A stretch of DNA of 24,000 nucleotides from NCBI RefSeq assembly GCF_050871885.1, contig NZ_JBJLSF010000018.1, forward strand, positions 4,677 through 28,676, written 5' to 3'. The notes beneath the pieces were generated by a model, which did no database searches, had not been told where the DNA came from, and worked only from the letters and a program-made list of their open reading frames with translations. The translations under genes and the position numbers were made by a program. The DNA comes from Kineococcus sp. SYSU DK006. GTDB lineage: Bacteria > Actinomycetota > Actinomycetes > Actinomycetales > Kineococcaceae. Position 1 is the stretch's first letter. Each line of letters opens with the position of its first letter. This document shows positions 1-7,439 of this stretch, piece by piece.

Positions 1-2
1 CC

Positions 3-494
3 GAGGCCGTCGCGCAGGTCGACGGGTGCGTCGACACCCTGGTGCGCTGGGCCGGCTGGAGCGACAAGCTGGACCTGCTGCTGCCCGCCGCCACGACCGG
101 GCGCCGCCCGCCGACGGTGGCGGTCCTGGCGCCGCCCGACCTCCTCGGCACCACCCGCGCCCTCGGCTCCGCGCTGGCGGCCGGCGCCCGCTGCGTCCTC
201 GCGCACGACTCCGCCGCCGTCGGCGCGCTGGCCGTGCTGCTGGCCGCCGAGTTCGGCGACGGCGCGGTGTCCGTCGTCGACCGCGACCCGGGCACCGTGC
301 GCGGGGCCGTCGCGGGGGTCTCCCTGCTCGACGCGCGCGCCGCGACGGCCCGGGAGTTCGACGCGCCGCTGCGGCTGGCCTGCGCCGCGGCCGGCACCCG
401 CGTGCTGGCCCCGCTGCCCGCGCAGGAGCTGCGCGCCACCGGTGACCTGGACCTCGTGGCGGCCCTGTTCACCGGGGCGGCGACCACCGTCTGA
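3..494 (+). CDS. aldehyde dehydrogenase-superfamily protein, 3' part (5' end outside the window); unusually short after the AGW(A/S)DK motif
   Basis: Frame 3 is open from the window edge (EAVAQVDGCVDTLVRWAGWSDKL...). This resembles the conserved ..AGWADK.. segment of ALDH enzymes. A Rossmann-like VAVLAPP...ALAAGARCVL stretch follows. TGA at 492-494; third codon positions are G/C-rich. Only about 137 residues follow the motif, so the canonical catalytic Cys/Glu region seems absent. Confidence 0.5.
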   Translation, partial: EAVAQVDGCVDTLVRWAGWSDKLDLLLPAATTGRRPPTVAVLAPPDLLGTTRALGSALAAGARCVLAHDSAAVGALAVLLAAEFGDGAVSVVDRDPGTVRGAVAGVSLLDARAATAREFDAPLRLACAAAGTRVLAPLPAQELRATGDLDLVAALFTGAATTV

Positions 495-540
495 GGACGG
501 CGCCCCGCCACCGGGCCGCCACCGCCGTAGGGTTCCTCCC

Positions 541-1017
541 GTGCCCGACGAGCGCGAGGGACCCGACGAGCGCGGGGACTGGCGGGCCCGCCGCAGCCAG
601 GCGGCCGCGGCCCACGCGGCGGCCGCCGAGCGCGCCCGGGCGCAGGAGACCGCGCGGGCGCGGGAGGCGCTGGCCTCCTTCGCCGCCGAGCTGCGGCGGC
701 GCGGGGTGGCCGCCGGGCCGCTGCGGGCGCGGGCCGGGCGCGCCCGCTGCCGCACCGGCCTGACCGGCTGGTACCTGCGCCGGGACGGTTCCCTCGGCCT
801 GGGCGTGGACGGGGGGTTCTACGTCCTGGACGTCGCACCCCGCCTCCTCGCCCGGCTGCGCGGCGTCCGCCTCGAACCCTCCGACCCGCCGCTGCAGGTG
901 GGCCGCGGGGCCCGCGACGGGGAGTCCGTCGAACTGCTCGTGCTCCTGGAGCGCCGGCTCGCCGAGCTGAGCGCGCCGCGCGAAAACCCCTCGCCCCCGG
1001 ATCGGGGGGAAACCTAG
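541..1017 (+). CDS. hypothetical protein (Arg/Ala-rich N-terminal part, no recognisable motif)
   Basis: The track ORF is 442-1017. The ATG at 442 would overlap the upstream gene by 53 nt, so the in-frame GTG at 541 is preferred. Third codon positions are almost all G/C in this frame. The gene ends with TAG at 1015-1017, 9 nt before rsgA. I recognise no family signature. Confidence 0.45.
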   Translation: MPDEREGPDERGDWRARRSQAAAAHAAAAERARAQETARAREALASFAAELRRRGVAAGPLRARAGRARCRTGLTGWYLRRDGSLGLGVDGGFYVLDVAPRLLARLRGVRLEPSDPPLQVGRGARDGESVELLVLLERRLAELSAPRENPSPPDRGET

Positions 1018-1026
1018 CCTCGACGC

Positions 1027-2145
1027 GTGCCCGAGAACCCCGAGACCGCGCAGACCACGCCCGCCGCGCCGTCCGCACCCGAGGACCACCTGGCCGCCCT
1101 CGGCTGGGACGGCGGGTGGGCGCAGCACTGGGAGGACTTCCGCGTGCGGTTCCAGCGCGAGCACCCCGGCGAGCACGTCCTGCCCGCCCGCGTCGTGCGC
1201 GTCCACCGCGGCGCCTGCGACGTCGAGACGCCGCTGGGGCCGCAGCGGGTCGACGTGCCCGCGCAGGTCCCGGTGCCGGCGCCCACGACGGGCGACTGGG
1301 TGGGCGTCCGCCTCGACGGCCCGGGTTCCCCCGTGGTCGTCGGGGTGCTGCCGCGGCGCACCGTCCTCGCCCGCGCCTCGGTGACCGGGCGATCGGTCGA
1401 CCACCAGCTCGCCGCGAACGTCGACACGGTCGTCGTCACCGTCGCCGCGGACACCCGCTCCACGCTGGGCCGGGTGGAGCGCCTGCTGGCGCTGGCGTGG
1501 AACTCCGGCGCCCAGCCGGTGGTCGCGCTCACCAAGGCCGACGTCCTCGCACCGCGCGAGGTCGCCGCGCGCGTGGCCGAGGTGGCCTCCGACACCGTCG
1601 GCGTCGAGGTGCTCGCGGTGAGCACGCGGGACGACGCGAGCGTGGAACGCCTGCGGGACAGGCTCTCCGGGACCGTGGTGTTCCTGGGTTCCTCCGGCGC
1701 GGGAAAGTCCACGCTGGCCAACGCGCTGCTCGGCGAGGACCGGTTCGCCACCGGCGCGGTGCGCGCGGTGGACGGCCGGGGACGGCACACCACGGTGACC
1801 CGCGAACTCGTCGCGGTGCCCGGCGGGCTCGTCCTGCTCGACACCCCGGGTCTGCGCACCCTCGGCGTCGCGGAACTGGAGGAGGGCCTGGAGCGGACGT
1901 TCTCCGACGTCGAGGAGGTGGCCGTGGACTGCCGGTTCGCCGACTGCTCGCACACCGCCGAACCCGGCTGCGCCGTGCTCGCCGCCATCGAGGCGGGGGT
2001 CTTCAGCGCCCGCCGGCTGGAGAGCTACCGCAAGCTGCAGCGCGAGCAGGAGTGGTTCGCCTCCCGCACCGACGCCCGGCTGCGCGCCGAGCGCCAGCGC
2101 GAGTGGAAGCAGCGGGTGAAGGCGGTGCGCGCCCAGCGCCGCTGA
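1027..2145 (+). CDS. rsgA: ribosome small-subunit-dependent GTPase A (RsgA/YjeQ/EngC family)
   Basis: The GTPase motif order is circularly permuted: G4 LTKADV comes before the P-loop GSSGAGKSTLANALLG, followed by LLDTPG. A C-terminal zinc knuckle CRFADCSHTAEPGCAV is present. GTG start at 1027. Confidence 0.9.
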   Translation: MPENPETAQTTPAAPSAPEDHLAALGWDGGWAQHWEDFRVRFQREHPGEHVLPARVVRVHRGACDVETPLGPQRVDVPAQVPVPAPTTGDWVGVRLDGPGSPVVVGVLPRRTVLARASVTGRSVDHQLAANVDTVVVTVAADTRSTLGRVERLLALAWNSGAQPVVALTKADVLAPREVAARVAEVASDTVGVEVLAVSTRDDASVERLRDRLSGTVVFLGSSGAGKSTLANALLGEDRFATGAVRAVDGRGRHTTVTRELVAVPGGLVLLDTPGLRTLGVAELEEGLERTFSDVEEVAVDCRFADCSHTAEPGCAVLAAIEAGVFSARRLESYRKLQREQEWFASRTDARLRAERQREWKQRVKAVRAQRR

Positions 2146-2173
2146 ACCCGGCCGCGCACCCGGGGCCGGGTTC
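2144..2173. terminator. shared hairpin between convergent genes (bidirectional terminator candidate)
   Basis: Perfect 10-bp inverted repeat: gaacccggcc (2144-2153) and ggccgggttc (2164-2173), with a 10-nt loop. The arms overlap the rsgA stop (TGA 2143-2145) and the stop of the minus-strand gene (tca 2172-2174). There is no obvious U-tract. Confidence 0.45.
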
Positions 2174-2822
2174 AGCCGGCGGGCCGGCCCAGCCAGGCGG
2201 CCAGCCGCACGTGCGCGGGAGCGTCGGCCGGGACGTCGACGACGGGGCCGAAGGGGACGGGCCCGCCGCGCGGGCTGGCGGGCAGGAACCGCGTGGAGAC
2301 CTCGAGCATCCGCCGGGCGAGGTCGTCGTCGAGCAGGTCGGTGCGCCCGAGCGCCGCCGCGAGGTCCCCGGCGTGCACGGTGAACTCCTGCACGTAGATC
2401 GTCCCGGCCACGGCGCCGGGCATCTCGCCGGCCGGGTGCACGACGGTGCGGGTGAGCAGGTCGTCGTCCGCCCACGCCGCCTCGAGGTCCGCGCGCCCGG
2501 CGCGCCAGGCGGCCGGCCAGTCGTCGCCGGGGACGGCCTCGACCAGCGAGGGCAGCTCGAAGGGCCGGCCGCCGCGGGCGATGTGCGCGACGCGGTGGGT
2601 CACGGCCACGAGGTGGGCGAGCAGGTCGCGCACGCTCCACCCCGCGCAGGGCGTCGGCGCGGCGAGGTCGGCGGGGCCGACGAGGACGAGCAGCCGCTCG
2701 ACGACGTCCATGGCGCTGCCCATCAGGGGACGCGGGTCGGCCGGCGGTGCGGCGGGGTCGGTGGCGGGCTCGGCAGCGGTGGCGGGAGCGGTGGCGGAGC
2801 TCGTCATGGCGGAGTTCGTCAT
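2172..2822 (-). CDS. DinB-fold / mycothiol maleylpyruvate isomerase N-terminal domain family protein (TIGR03086-like metal-binding protein)
   Basis: VVERLLVLVGPADLAAPTPCAGWSVRDLLAHLV is the typical N-terminal DinB/MDMPI signature (PTPCxGWxVRDLxxHL). The start is ambiguous. In-frame candidates are ATG 2822, ATG 2807, GTG 2846 (preceded by GGAGG with a 4-nt spacer), ATG 2723 and ATG 2711. The region between 2723 and 2822 encodes a low-complexity Ala/Thr/Pro stretch. Confidence 0.7.
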   Translation of the reverse strand: MTNSAMTSSATAPATAAEPATDPAAPPADPRPLMGSAMDVVERLLVLVGPADLAAPTPCAGWSVRDLLAHLVAVTHRVAHIARGGRPFELPSLVEAVPGDDWPAAWRAGRADLEAAWADDDLLTRTVVHPAGEMPGAVAGTIYVQEFTVHAGDLAAALGRTDLLDDDLARRMLEVSTRFLPASPRGGPVPFGPVVDVPADAPAHVRLAAWLGRPAG

Positions 2823-2846
2823 GGCGGCAGCCTGCCGGGGAAACAC

Positions 2847-2859
2847 GACACCTCCTGTC
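2847..2859. promoter_or_regulatory. small palindrome in the divergent DinB-like / WYL-regulator control region (operator candidate)
   Basis: GACAcctccTGTC (gaca 2847-2850, tgtc 2856-2859) lies in the only lower-GC patch between the two divergent starts. CATCCT at 2872-2877 ends 6 nt before the regulator GTG at 2884. That spacing fits a -10 box for a leaderless transcript. Confidence 0.25.
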
Positions 2860-2883
2860 ATGTCCTGCTGGCATCCTCGACGG

Positions 2884-3873
2884 GTGCGCGCCGACCGGTT
2901 GCTGTCCACCGTCCTGCTGCTGCAGACCCACGGCCGGCTGTCCGCGCCCGTGCTGGCGCAGCGGCTGGAGGTCTCGGTGCGGACCGTGCTGCGCGACGTG
3001 GAGGCGCTGTCGGCCGCCGGGGTCCCCGTCTACACCGAGCGCGGCCGCGGCGGCGGGATCGCGCTGCTGCCCGGCTGGCGCACCGACGTGTCGGGTTTCA
3101 CCACCGCCGAGGCGCGGGCGCTGTTCTCCGGCACGAGCGGCAGCGACGACCCGCAGCGCCCCGCCTGGGAGTCGGCGCTGCGCAAGCTCATGGCGGCCAC
3201 CCCCGAGGGGCGGCGCGAGCCGCTGCAGCGGGCCGCGGAACGGGTCATCGTCGAACCCGCGGGCTGGCGCAGCCGGCCGCGCCCGGTCCCCTGGCTGGCG
3301 GCGCTGCAGGAGGCGGTGTTCGCCGCGCGCCGCGCCGTGCTGACCTACCGCTCCAGCGGCGCCGAGCGCTCCTCGCGGTGCACCGTCGACCCGGTGGGAC
3401 TGGTCGCCAAGGGCGGCACCTGGTACCTCGTGGGGCTGCACCGGGGACGCCCGCGGCTGTTCCGCGTCGAGCGCGTCAGCGCGGTCGACGTCCTCGACGC
3501 GGCCACGCCCGCGGACCTGCCGCCGCTGGCGCAGGTGTGGAGCGCGCTGCGCGAGCAGGTGGAGCGACCGCGCACGAGCTGCGAACCCGTGCGGCTGCTC
3601 GTGCGCGGGAGCGCGCTGGAGGTGCTCCTGCGGGTGGCCGAGGGCCAGCTCGTCGACGAGCCGGCCCTCGGCGCGCTCGCCGGCGACCGGCAGGAGGTCG
3701 TGCTGCGGTTCCGGGCGCTGCCCGCCGCCCGCGCGGTCCTGCTGGGGTTCGGCGCGGACGTGGAGGTCCTGGAACCCGCCGAGCTCGTCGCGGACCTCGT
3801 GCAGACGGCCCGCGACGTGCTCGGCACCTACCGCGCCGAGGGCGTCAGCCCTGCGCGTACGCCGGGCGGATGA
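2884..3873 (+). CDS. YafY-family transcriptional regulator (N-terminal HTH, WYL domain)
   Basis: [65 protein letters not shown] is a typical YafY/DeoR-type HTH. The WYL domain signature follows, with a literal [25 protein letters not shown] 2884 gives 329 aa; ATG 2860 is an in-frame alternative. The long track ORF from 2446 is an upstream extension. Confidence 0.85.
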   Translation: MRADRLLSTVLLLQTHGRLSAPVLAQRLEVSVRTVLRDVEALSAAGVPVYTERGRGGGIALLPGWRTDVSGFTTAEARALFSGTSGSDDPQRPAWESALRKLMAATPEGRREPLQRAAERVIVEPAGWRSRPRPVPWLAALQEAVFAARRAVLTYRSSGAERSSRCTVDPVGLVAKGGTWYLVGLHRGRPRLFRVERVSAVDVLDAATPADLPPLAQVWSALREQVERPRTSCEPVRLLVRGSALEVLLRVAEGQLVDEPALGALAGDRQEVVLRFRALPAARAVLLGFGADVEVLEPAELVADLVQTARDVLGTYRAEGVSPARTPGG

Positions 3874-4945
3874 CCTCGCCCGCCAGCGCCAGGCGGTCGG
3901 GGAAGGGCAGGAACGACGCCGACAGCGCGGTGATCGTGGCGCGCTCGACGTCGGCCAGGTCCCAGCCGGCCTCGTCGGTGAGCAGCGCGAACTCCCGCGA
4001 CAGCGAGGTGCCCGACATGAGCCGGTTGTCGGTGTTCACCGAGATCGAGAAACCCAGGTCCTTGAGGACCGTCACCGGGTGCTCGGCGACGCTGGTCGCC
4101 GCCCCCGTCTGCACGTTGCTCGACGGGCACAGCTCCAGGACGATCCCGCGGTCGCGCACCCACGTCGCCAGCCGGCCCAGCCGCGCGACCGGCAGGCCGA
4201 GGCGGTCGCGGCCCTCGCCGAGCTCGATGTCCTCGACGATGCGCACGCCGTGGCCGATCCGCTCGGCGCCGCAGGTGTGCAGGGCGTCGCGGATGCTCTC
4301 CGGGCCCACGGCCTCGCCGGCGTGGATCGTCACCGGGAAGTCGTCGGCGTGCAGCCGGTCGAAGGCCGCCTTGTGGTTCGAGGGCGGGAAGCCGATCTCG
4401 GCGCCGGCGATGTCGAAGCCGACGACCCCGGCGTCGCGGTGGCGCAGCGCCAGCTCGGCGATCTCCATCGAGCGGTCCGCGTGGCGCATGGCCGTCACCA
4501 GGGTGCCGACCCGGATCGGCGTCCCGGCCTCGGCCGCCAGCCGCTCCCCGCGGCGCATGCCCTCCTCCACGGCCACGACGACCTCGTCCAGGCCCAGCCC
4601 GCCGCGCAGGTGCTGCTCGGGGGCGTAGCGCAGCTCGCCGTAGACCACGCCGTCGGCCGCCAGGTCCAGGACGGCCTCGGTGGCCACCCTGGCCAGCGAC
4701 TCGGCGTCCTGCATGACGGCGATCGTGTGGTCGAAGGTCTCCAGGTAGCGCACCAGGGAACCGGAGTCGGCGGCGTCGCGGAACCAGGCGCCCAGCTCGG
4801 CCGGGTCGGTCGTCGGCAGCGCGTGACCGTTGGCGGAGGCGATCTCCACGATCGTCGCGGGCCGCAGGCCGCCGTCGAGGTGGTCGTGCAGCGACACCTT
4901 GGGCAGGCGGCGCACGCGCTCCAGGGTCGTCTCGGAAGTGCTCAC
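3845..4945 (-). CDS. add: adenosine deaminase
   Basis: [16 protein letters not shown] is the metal-binding HxHxDG motif. [21 protein letters not shown] and a 366-aa length all fit Add. GTG start at 4945, preceded by AGGATGGAG. Confidence 0.95.
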   Translation of the reverse strand: MSTSETTLERVRRLPKVSLHDHLDGGLRPATIVEIASANGHALPTTDPAELGAWFRDAADSGSLVRYLETFDHTIAVMQDAESLARVATEAVLDLAADGVVYGELRYAPEQHLRGGLGLDEVVVAVEEGMRRGERLAAEAGTPIRVGTLVTAMRHADRSMEIAELALRHRDAGVVGFDIAGAEIGFPPSNHKAAFDRLHADDFPVTIHAGEAVGPESIRDALHTCGAERIGHGVRIVEDIELGEGRDRLGLPVARLGRLATWVRDRGIVLELCPSSNVQTGAATSVAEHPVTVLKDLGFSISVNTDNRLMSGTSLSREFALLTDEAGWDLADVERATITALSASFLPFPDRLALAGEVIRPAYAQG

Positions 4946-4979
4946 CGCTCCATCCTGACAGCCCGCGCGGGGGCGCTCC

Positions 4980-4985
4980 TACGAT
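4980..4985 (+). promoter_or_regulatory. -10-like hexamer TACGAT positioned for a leaderless transcript of the GNAT gene
   Basis: TACGAT (TANNNT class) ends 7 nt before the GTG at 4993. No SD lies between them, and the add-GNAT divergent spacer is only 47 bp. Confidence 0.3.
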
Positions 4986-4992
4986 CCGGTGC

Positions 4993-5523
4993 GTGCCGAC
5001 CCGCCTGATCCGCCCCGCCACCGCCGCCGACGCGCCCGCCTGCGCCGGGATCTACGCGCCCTACGTGCGCGGGACCGCCGTCTCCTTCGAGACCGAGCCG
5101 CCGGACGCGCCGGAGGTGGCCGCCCGCATCGAGGCCGCCTCGGCCGGGCACGCGTGGCTGGTGCTGGAGGAGGGCGGCGAGGTCCGCGGCTACGCCTACG
5201 GCGCCCCGTTCGCCGCCCGCGCCGCCTACGCCTGGTCCTGCGAGACGAGCGTCTACCTGGCCCCGGGGCTGCGCCGCACCGGCGCCGGCCGCGCCCTGTA
5301 CGAGGCGCTGTTCGAGCGGCTGGCCGAACGCGGGTACCGGACCCTGGTCGCGGGGATCACCCTGCCGAACGAGGCCAGCGTCGGGCTGCACCGCGCGCTC
5401 GGCTTCGAGGTCGTCGGCACCTTCTCCCGCATCGGGTTCAAGCACGGGCGCTGGCACGACGTGCTGCGCCTGCAGCGGCCGCTGGGCCCGGGGGACGGCT
5501 CGGCGCCGGCACCGCTGCGCTGA
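4993..5523 (+). CDS. GNAT family N-acetyltransferase, phosphinothricin/methionine-sulfoximine acetyltransferase (PAT)-like
   Basis: IRPATAADAPACAGIYAPYVRGTAVSFETEPP..., SVYLAPGLRRTGAGRALYEALFERLAERGY (acetyl-CoA binding R/Q-x-x-G-x-G/A) and GFKHGRWHDV are typical of PAT-type GNATs. Length 176 aa. Confidence 0.85.
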   Translation: MPTRLIRPATAADAPACAGIYAPYVRGTAVSFETEPPDAPEVAARIEAASAGHAWLVLEEGGEVRGYAYGAPFAARAAYAWSCETSVYLAPGLRRTGAGRALYEALFERLAERGYRTLVAGITLPNEASVGLHRALGFEVVGTFSRIGFKHGRWHDVLRLQRPLGPGDGSAPAPLR

Positions 5524-6409
5524 GGCGGTCGCGGGCCTCGGCGCGCCGGCCCCAGGAGGTCCCCACCAGCAGCAGCAGCGCACCGCACGCGGCGGCCGGC
5601 CCGAGCACCTCGCCGCCGAGCGCCACCCCGATCGCCACGGCCCACAGGGGTTCGGTGCCCAGCAGCAGGCCGGCGCGCGAGGCGGAGGTGCGCCGGACCG
5701 CCCACGACTGGGCCAGGAAGGCGAAGACGGTGCACCCCAGCGCCAGGTGGGCGATCCCGAGCCACTGGCCCGGGGTGGCGGCGCCGGCCGCGGCCACCAG
5801 CCCCCGCGGGTCCAGGGCGGCGAAGAGCACCGCCCCCACGAGCAGCTGCACGAGGGTGAGGGCGCGCAGGTCCAGCGGGTGGCGCCGGGCGAGCACGCCG
5901 AGGGCGGTGACGTGCCCGGCGCGGACCACGGCGGCGGCCAGCACCAGCAGGTCCCCGGGCAGCAGGGCGTGCAGCCCGCCGCGCCCCACGAGCAGCCCGA
6001 TGCCCACCAGGGCCACCAGCGCGGCCGCGAAGAAGGACGGAGGCAGCCAGCGGCGGCGCACCAGCGACTCGGCGAGCGGGGTGAGCAGCAGGGTGGAGGC
6101 GATGAGCAGCCCCGCGTTGGTGGCGCTGGTGCCCGCCAGCCCCTGCGTCTCCAGGCCCAGCACCGCGGCCTGCGTCAGCCCCAGCACGAGCCCGCAGCGC
6201 AGTTCCGCGCGCCCGGGGCGGACCCCCGCGGCCACCGCCACGAGCCCCAGCGCGAGCGCGGCGCCGGCGTAGCGCAGCGCCAGCAGCGGGGCGACGCCGA
6301 GGCCGACGAGCAGCTTGGCGGACAGGTAGCTGCTGCCCCAGACGAGCGCCACGCCCAGCAGGACGAGGTCGACGCGGCGGTCGGTGCGCGCGGGGCGGGA
6401 GGTGCTCAC
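5438..6409 (-). CDS. EamA/DMT-superfamily transporter
   Basis: The N-terminus DLVLLGVALVWGSSYLSAKLL is typical of EamA. About ten hydrophobic segments form two EamA-like halves. GTG start at 6409. The C-terminal tail overlaps the GNAT 3' end. Confidence 0.85.
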   Translation of the reverse strand: MSTSRPARTDRRVDLVLLGVALVWGSSYLSAKLLVGLGVAPLLALRYAGAALALGLVAVAAGVRPGRAELRCGLVLGLTQAAVLGLETQGLAGTSATNAGLLIASTLLLTPLAESLVRRRWLPPSFFAAALVALVGIGLLVGRGGLHALLPGDLLVLAAAVVRAGHVTALGVLARRHPLDLRALTLVQLLVGAVLFAALDPRGLVAAAGAATPGQWLGIAHLALGCTVFAFLAQSWAVRRTSASRAGLLLGTEPLWAVAIGVALGGEVLGPAAACGALLLLVGTSWGRRAEARDRLSAAVPAPSRPPGPAAAAGAARRASARA

Positions 6410-6435
6410 CCCGAGAGCCTGGAGGACCGGGACAG

Positions 6436-6460
6436 TTCAGAACAGCCACCAGTTCCTGAA
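6436..6460. promoter_or_regulatory. imperfect palindrome in the EamA-LysR divergent spacer (LTTR operator candidate)
   Basis: TTCAGAAC-agccacca-GTTCCTGAA lies in a lower-GC 72-bp divergent spacer, 22 nt upstream of the LysR ATG. It is a T-N11-A-type dyad, as expected for LysR autoregulation. Confidence 0.35.
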
Positions 6461-6481
6461 CCCCTCCGTTAGCGTCGCTTC

Positions 6482-7414
6482 ATGGATGCGCGTCAGCTGG
6501 TGGTGCTGCGGGAGCTGTCCGAACGCGGCAGCCTGGCCGCCGTCGCCCGCGCCCTGCACGTCACGCCGTCGGCGGTCTCCCAGCAACTGGCTGCGCTGCA
6601 ACGCACCAGCCCGGTCCCCCTGACCGAGCGCCGGGGCCGGCGGCTGGCCCTCACCCCCGCGGGCGAGGCGCTGGCAGCGGCCGCCGTCGACGTGGCGGCC
6701 GCCCTGGACGCCGCGTCCCGCGCCGTCTCCGAGCACCTGGAGTCCCCCGGCGTCCCCGTCGGCGTCGCCGCGTTCCAGAGCGCGGCGCTGGCCTGGTTCG
6801 GCCCGCTGCTGCGCGAGGTCGCCGCCGCCGGCGGGCCGCCGCTGCGCTGCAGCGACCAGGACGTCGCCCAGCGCGACTTCCCCGCGCTCGTCGCCGACCA
6901 CGACGTCGTCGTCGCGCACCGCCCGCCGGCGGGCCCGGCCTGGCCCGAGCGGCGGCTGCGCGTGGTGCCGCTGCTCACCGAGCCGCTGCACGTCGCCCTG
7001 GCCGCCGACCACCCGCTCGCCGGGCGCCGGCGGCTCGCCGTGGCCGACGTGGCGGGCGAGCGGTGGATCTCCGTCCACGAGGGGTTCCCGCTCGCCGGGT
7101 CGCTGGACGCGGTCGCCGCCGCGGCCGGGCGGCCGCTGGAGGTCGTGCACCGCATCAACGACTTCTCCGTCGCCGCCTCCGTCGTGGCCTCCGGCGACGC
7201 GCTGGCGCTGCTGCCGGCCCGCACCGTCGGCCCCGGGCCGGGCGTCGTCGTGCGCGCGCTGGCCGACGCCGCCCCGGCCCGGCAGGTCGACGCGCTGCTG
7301 CGCCCGGAGGCGCTGGCGCGCCGGGGCGTGCGCACGGTCCTGGCCGCCCTGCAGCGCGTGGCCGCCCGGCCCGCCGACGGCGGGCGCCCGCACGGCCCGC
7401 GACGCGCGCCTTGA
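6482..7414 (+). CDS. LysR family transcriptional regulator
   Basis: MDARQLVVLRELSERGSLAAVARALHVTPSAVSQQLAALQ is a canonical LTTR N-terminal HTH. Length is 310 aa with a C-terminal substrate-binding-like domain. Confidence 0.9.
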   Translation: MDARQLVVLRELSERGSLAAVARALHVTPSAVSQQLAALQRTSPVPLTERRGRRLALTPAGEALAAAAVDVAAALDAASRAVSEHLESPGVPVGVAAFQSAALAWFGPLLREVAAAGGPPLRCSDQDVAQRDFPALVADHDVVVAHRPPAGPAWPERRLRVVPLLTEPLHVALAADHPLAGRRRLAVADVAGERWISVHEGFPLAGSLDAVAAAAGRPLEVVHRINDFSVAASVVASGDALALLPARTVGPGPGVVVRALADAAPARQVDALLRPEALARRGVRTVLAALQRVAARPADGGRPHGPRRAP

Positions 7415-7439
7415 GCTGCAGCGCGCTGGAGCACCTAGC

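Noticed and set aside
2884-3873. WYL regulator as a marker of a phage-defence island
   Set aside because: No defence-type genes flank it: no nucleases, ATPases, methyltransferases, CBASS/BREX/CRISPR components or toxin-antitoxin pairs. The neighbours are a DinB-fold enzyme and add.
469-4628. Very long ORFs 469-3441 (-, 990 aa) and 1116-4628 (+, 1170 aa) spanning several genes
   Set aside because: Their translations are monotonous Arg/Pro/Gly/Ala strings with no motifs. They run antisense or out of frame to genes with clear family signatures (rsgA, the WYL regulator, add). These are typical stop-codon-poor shadow frames of high-GC DNA.
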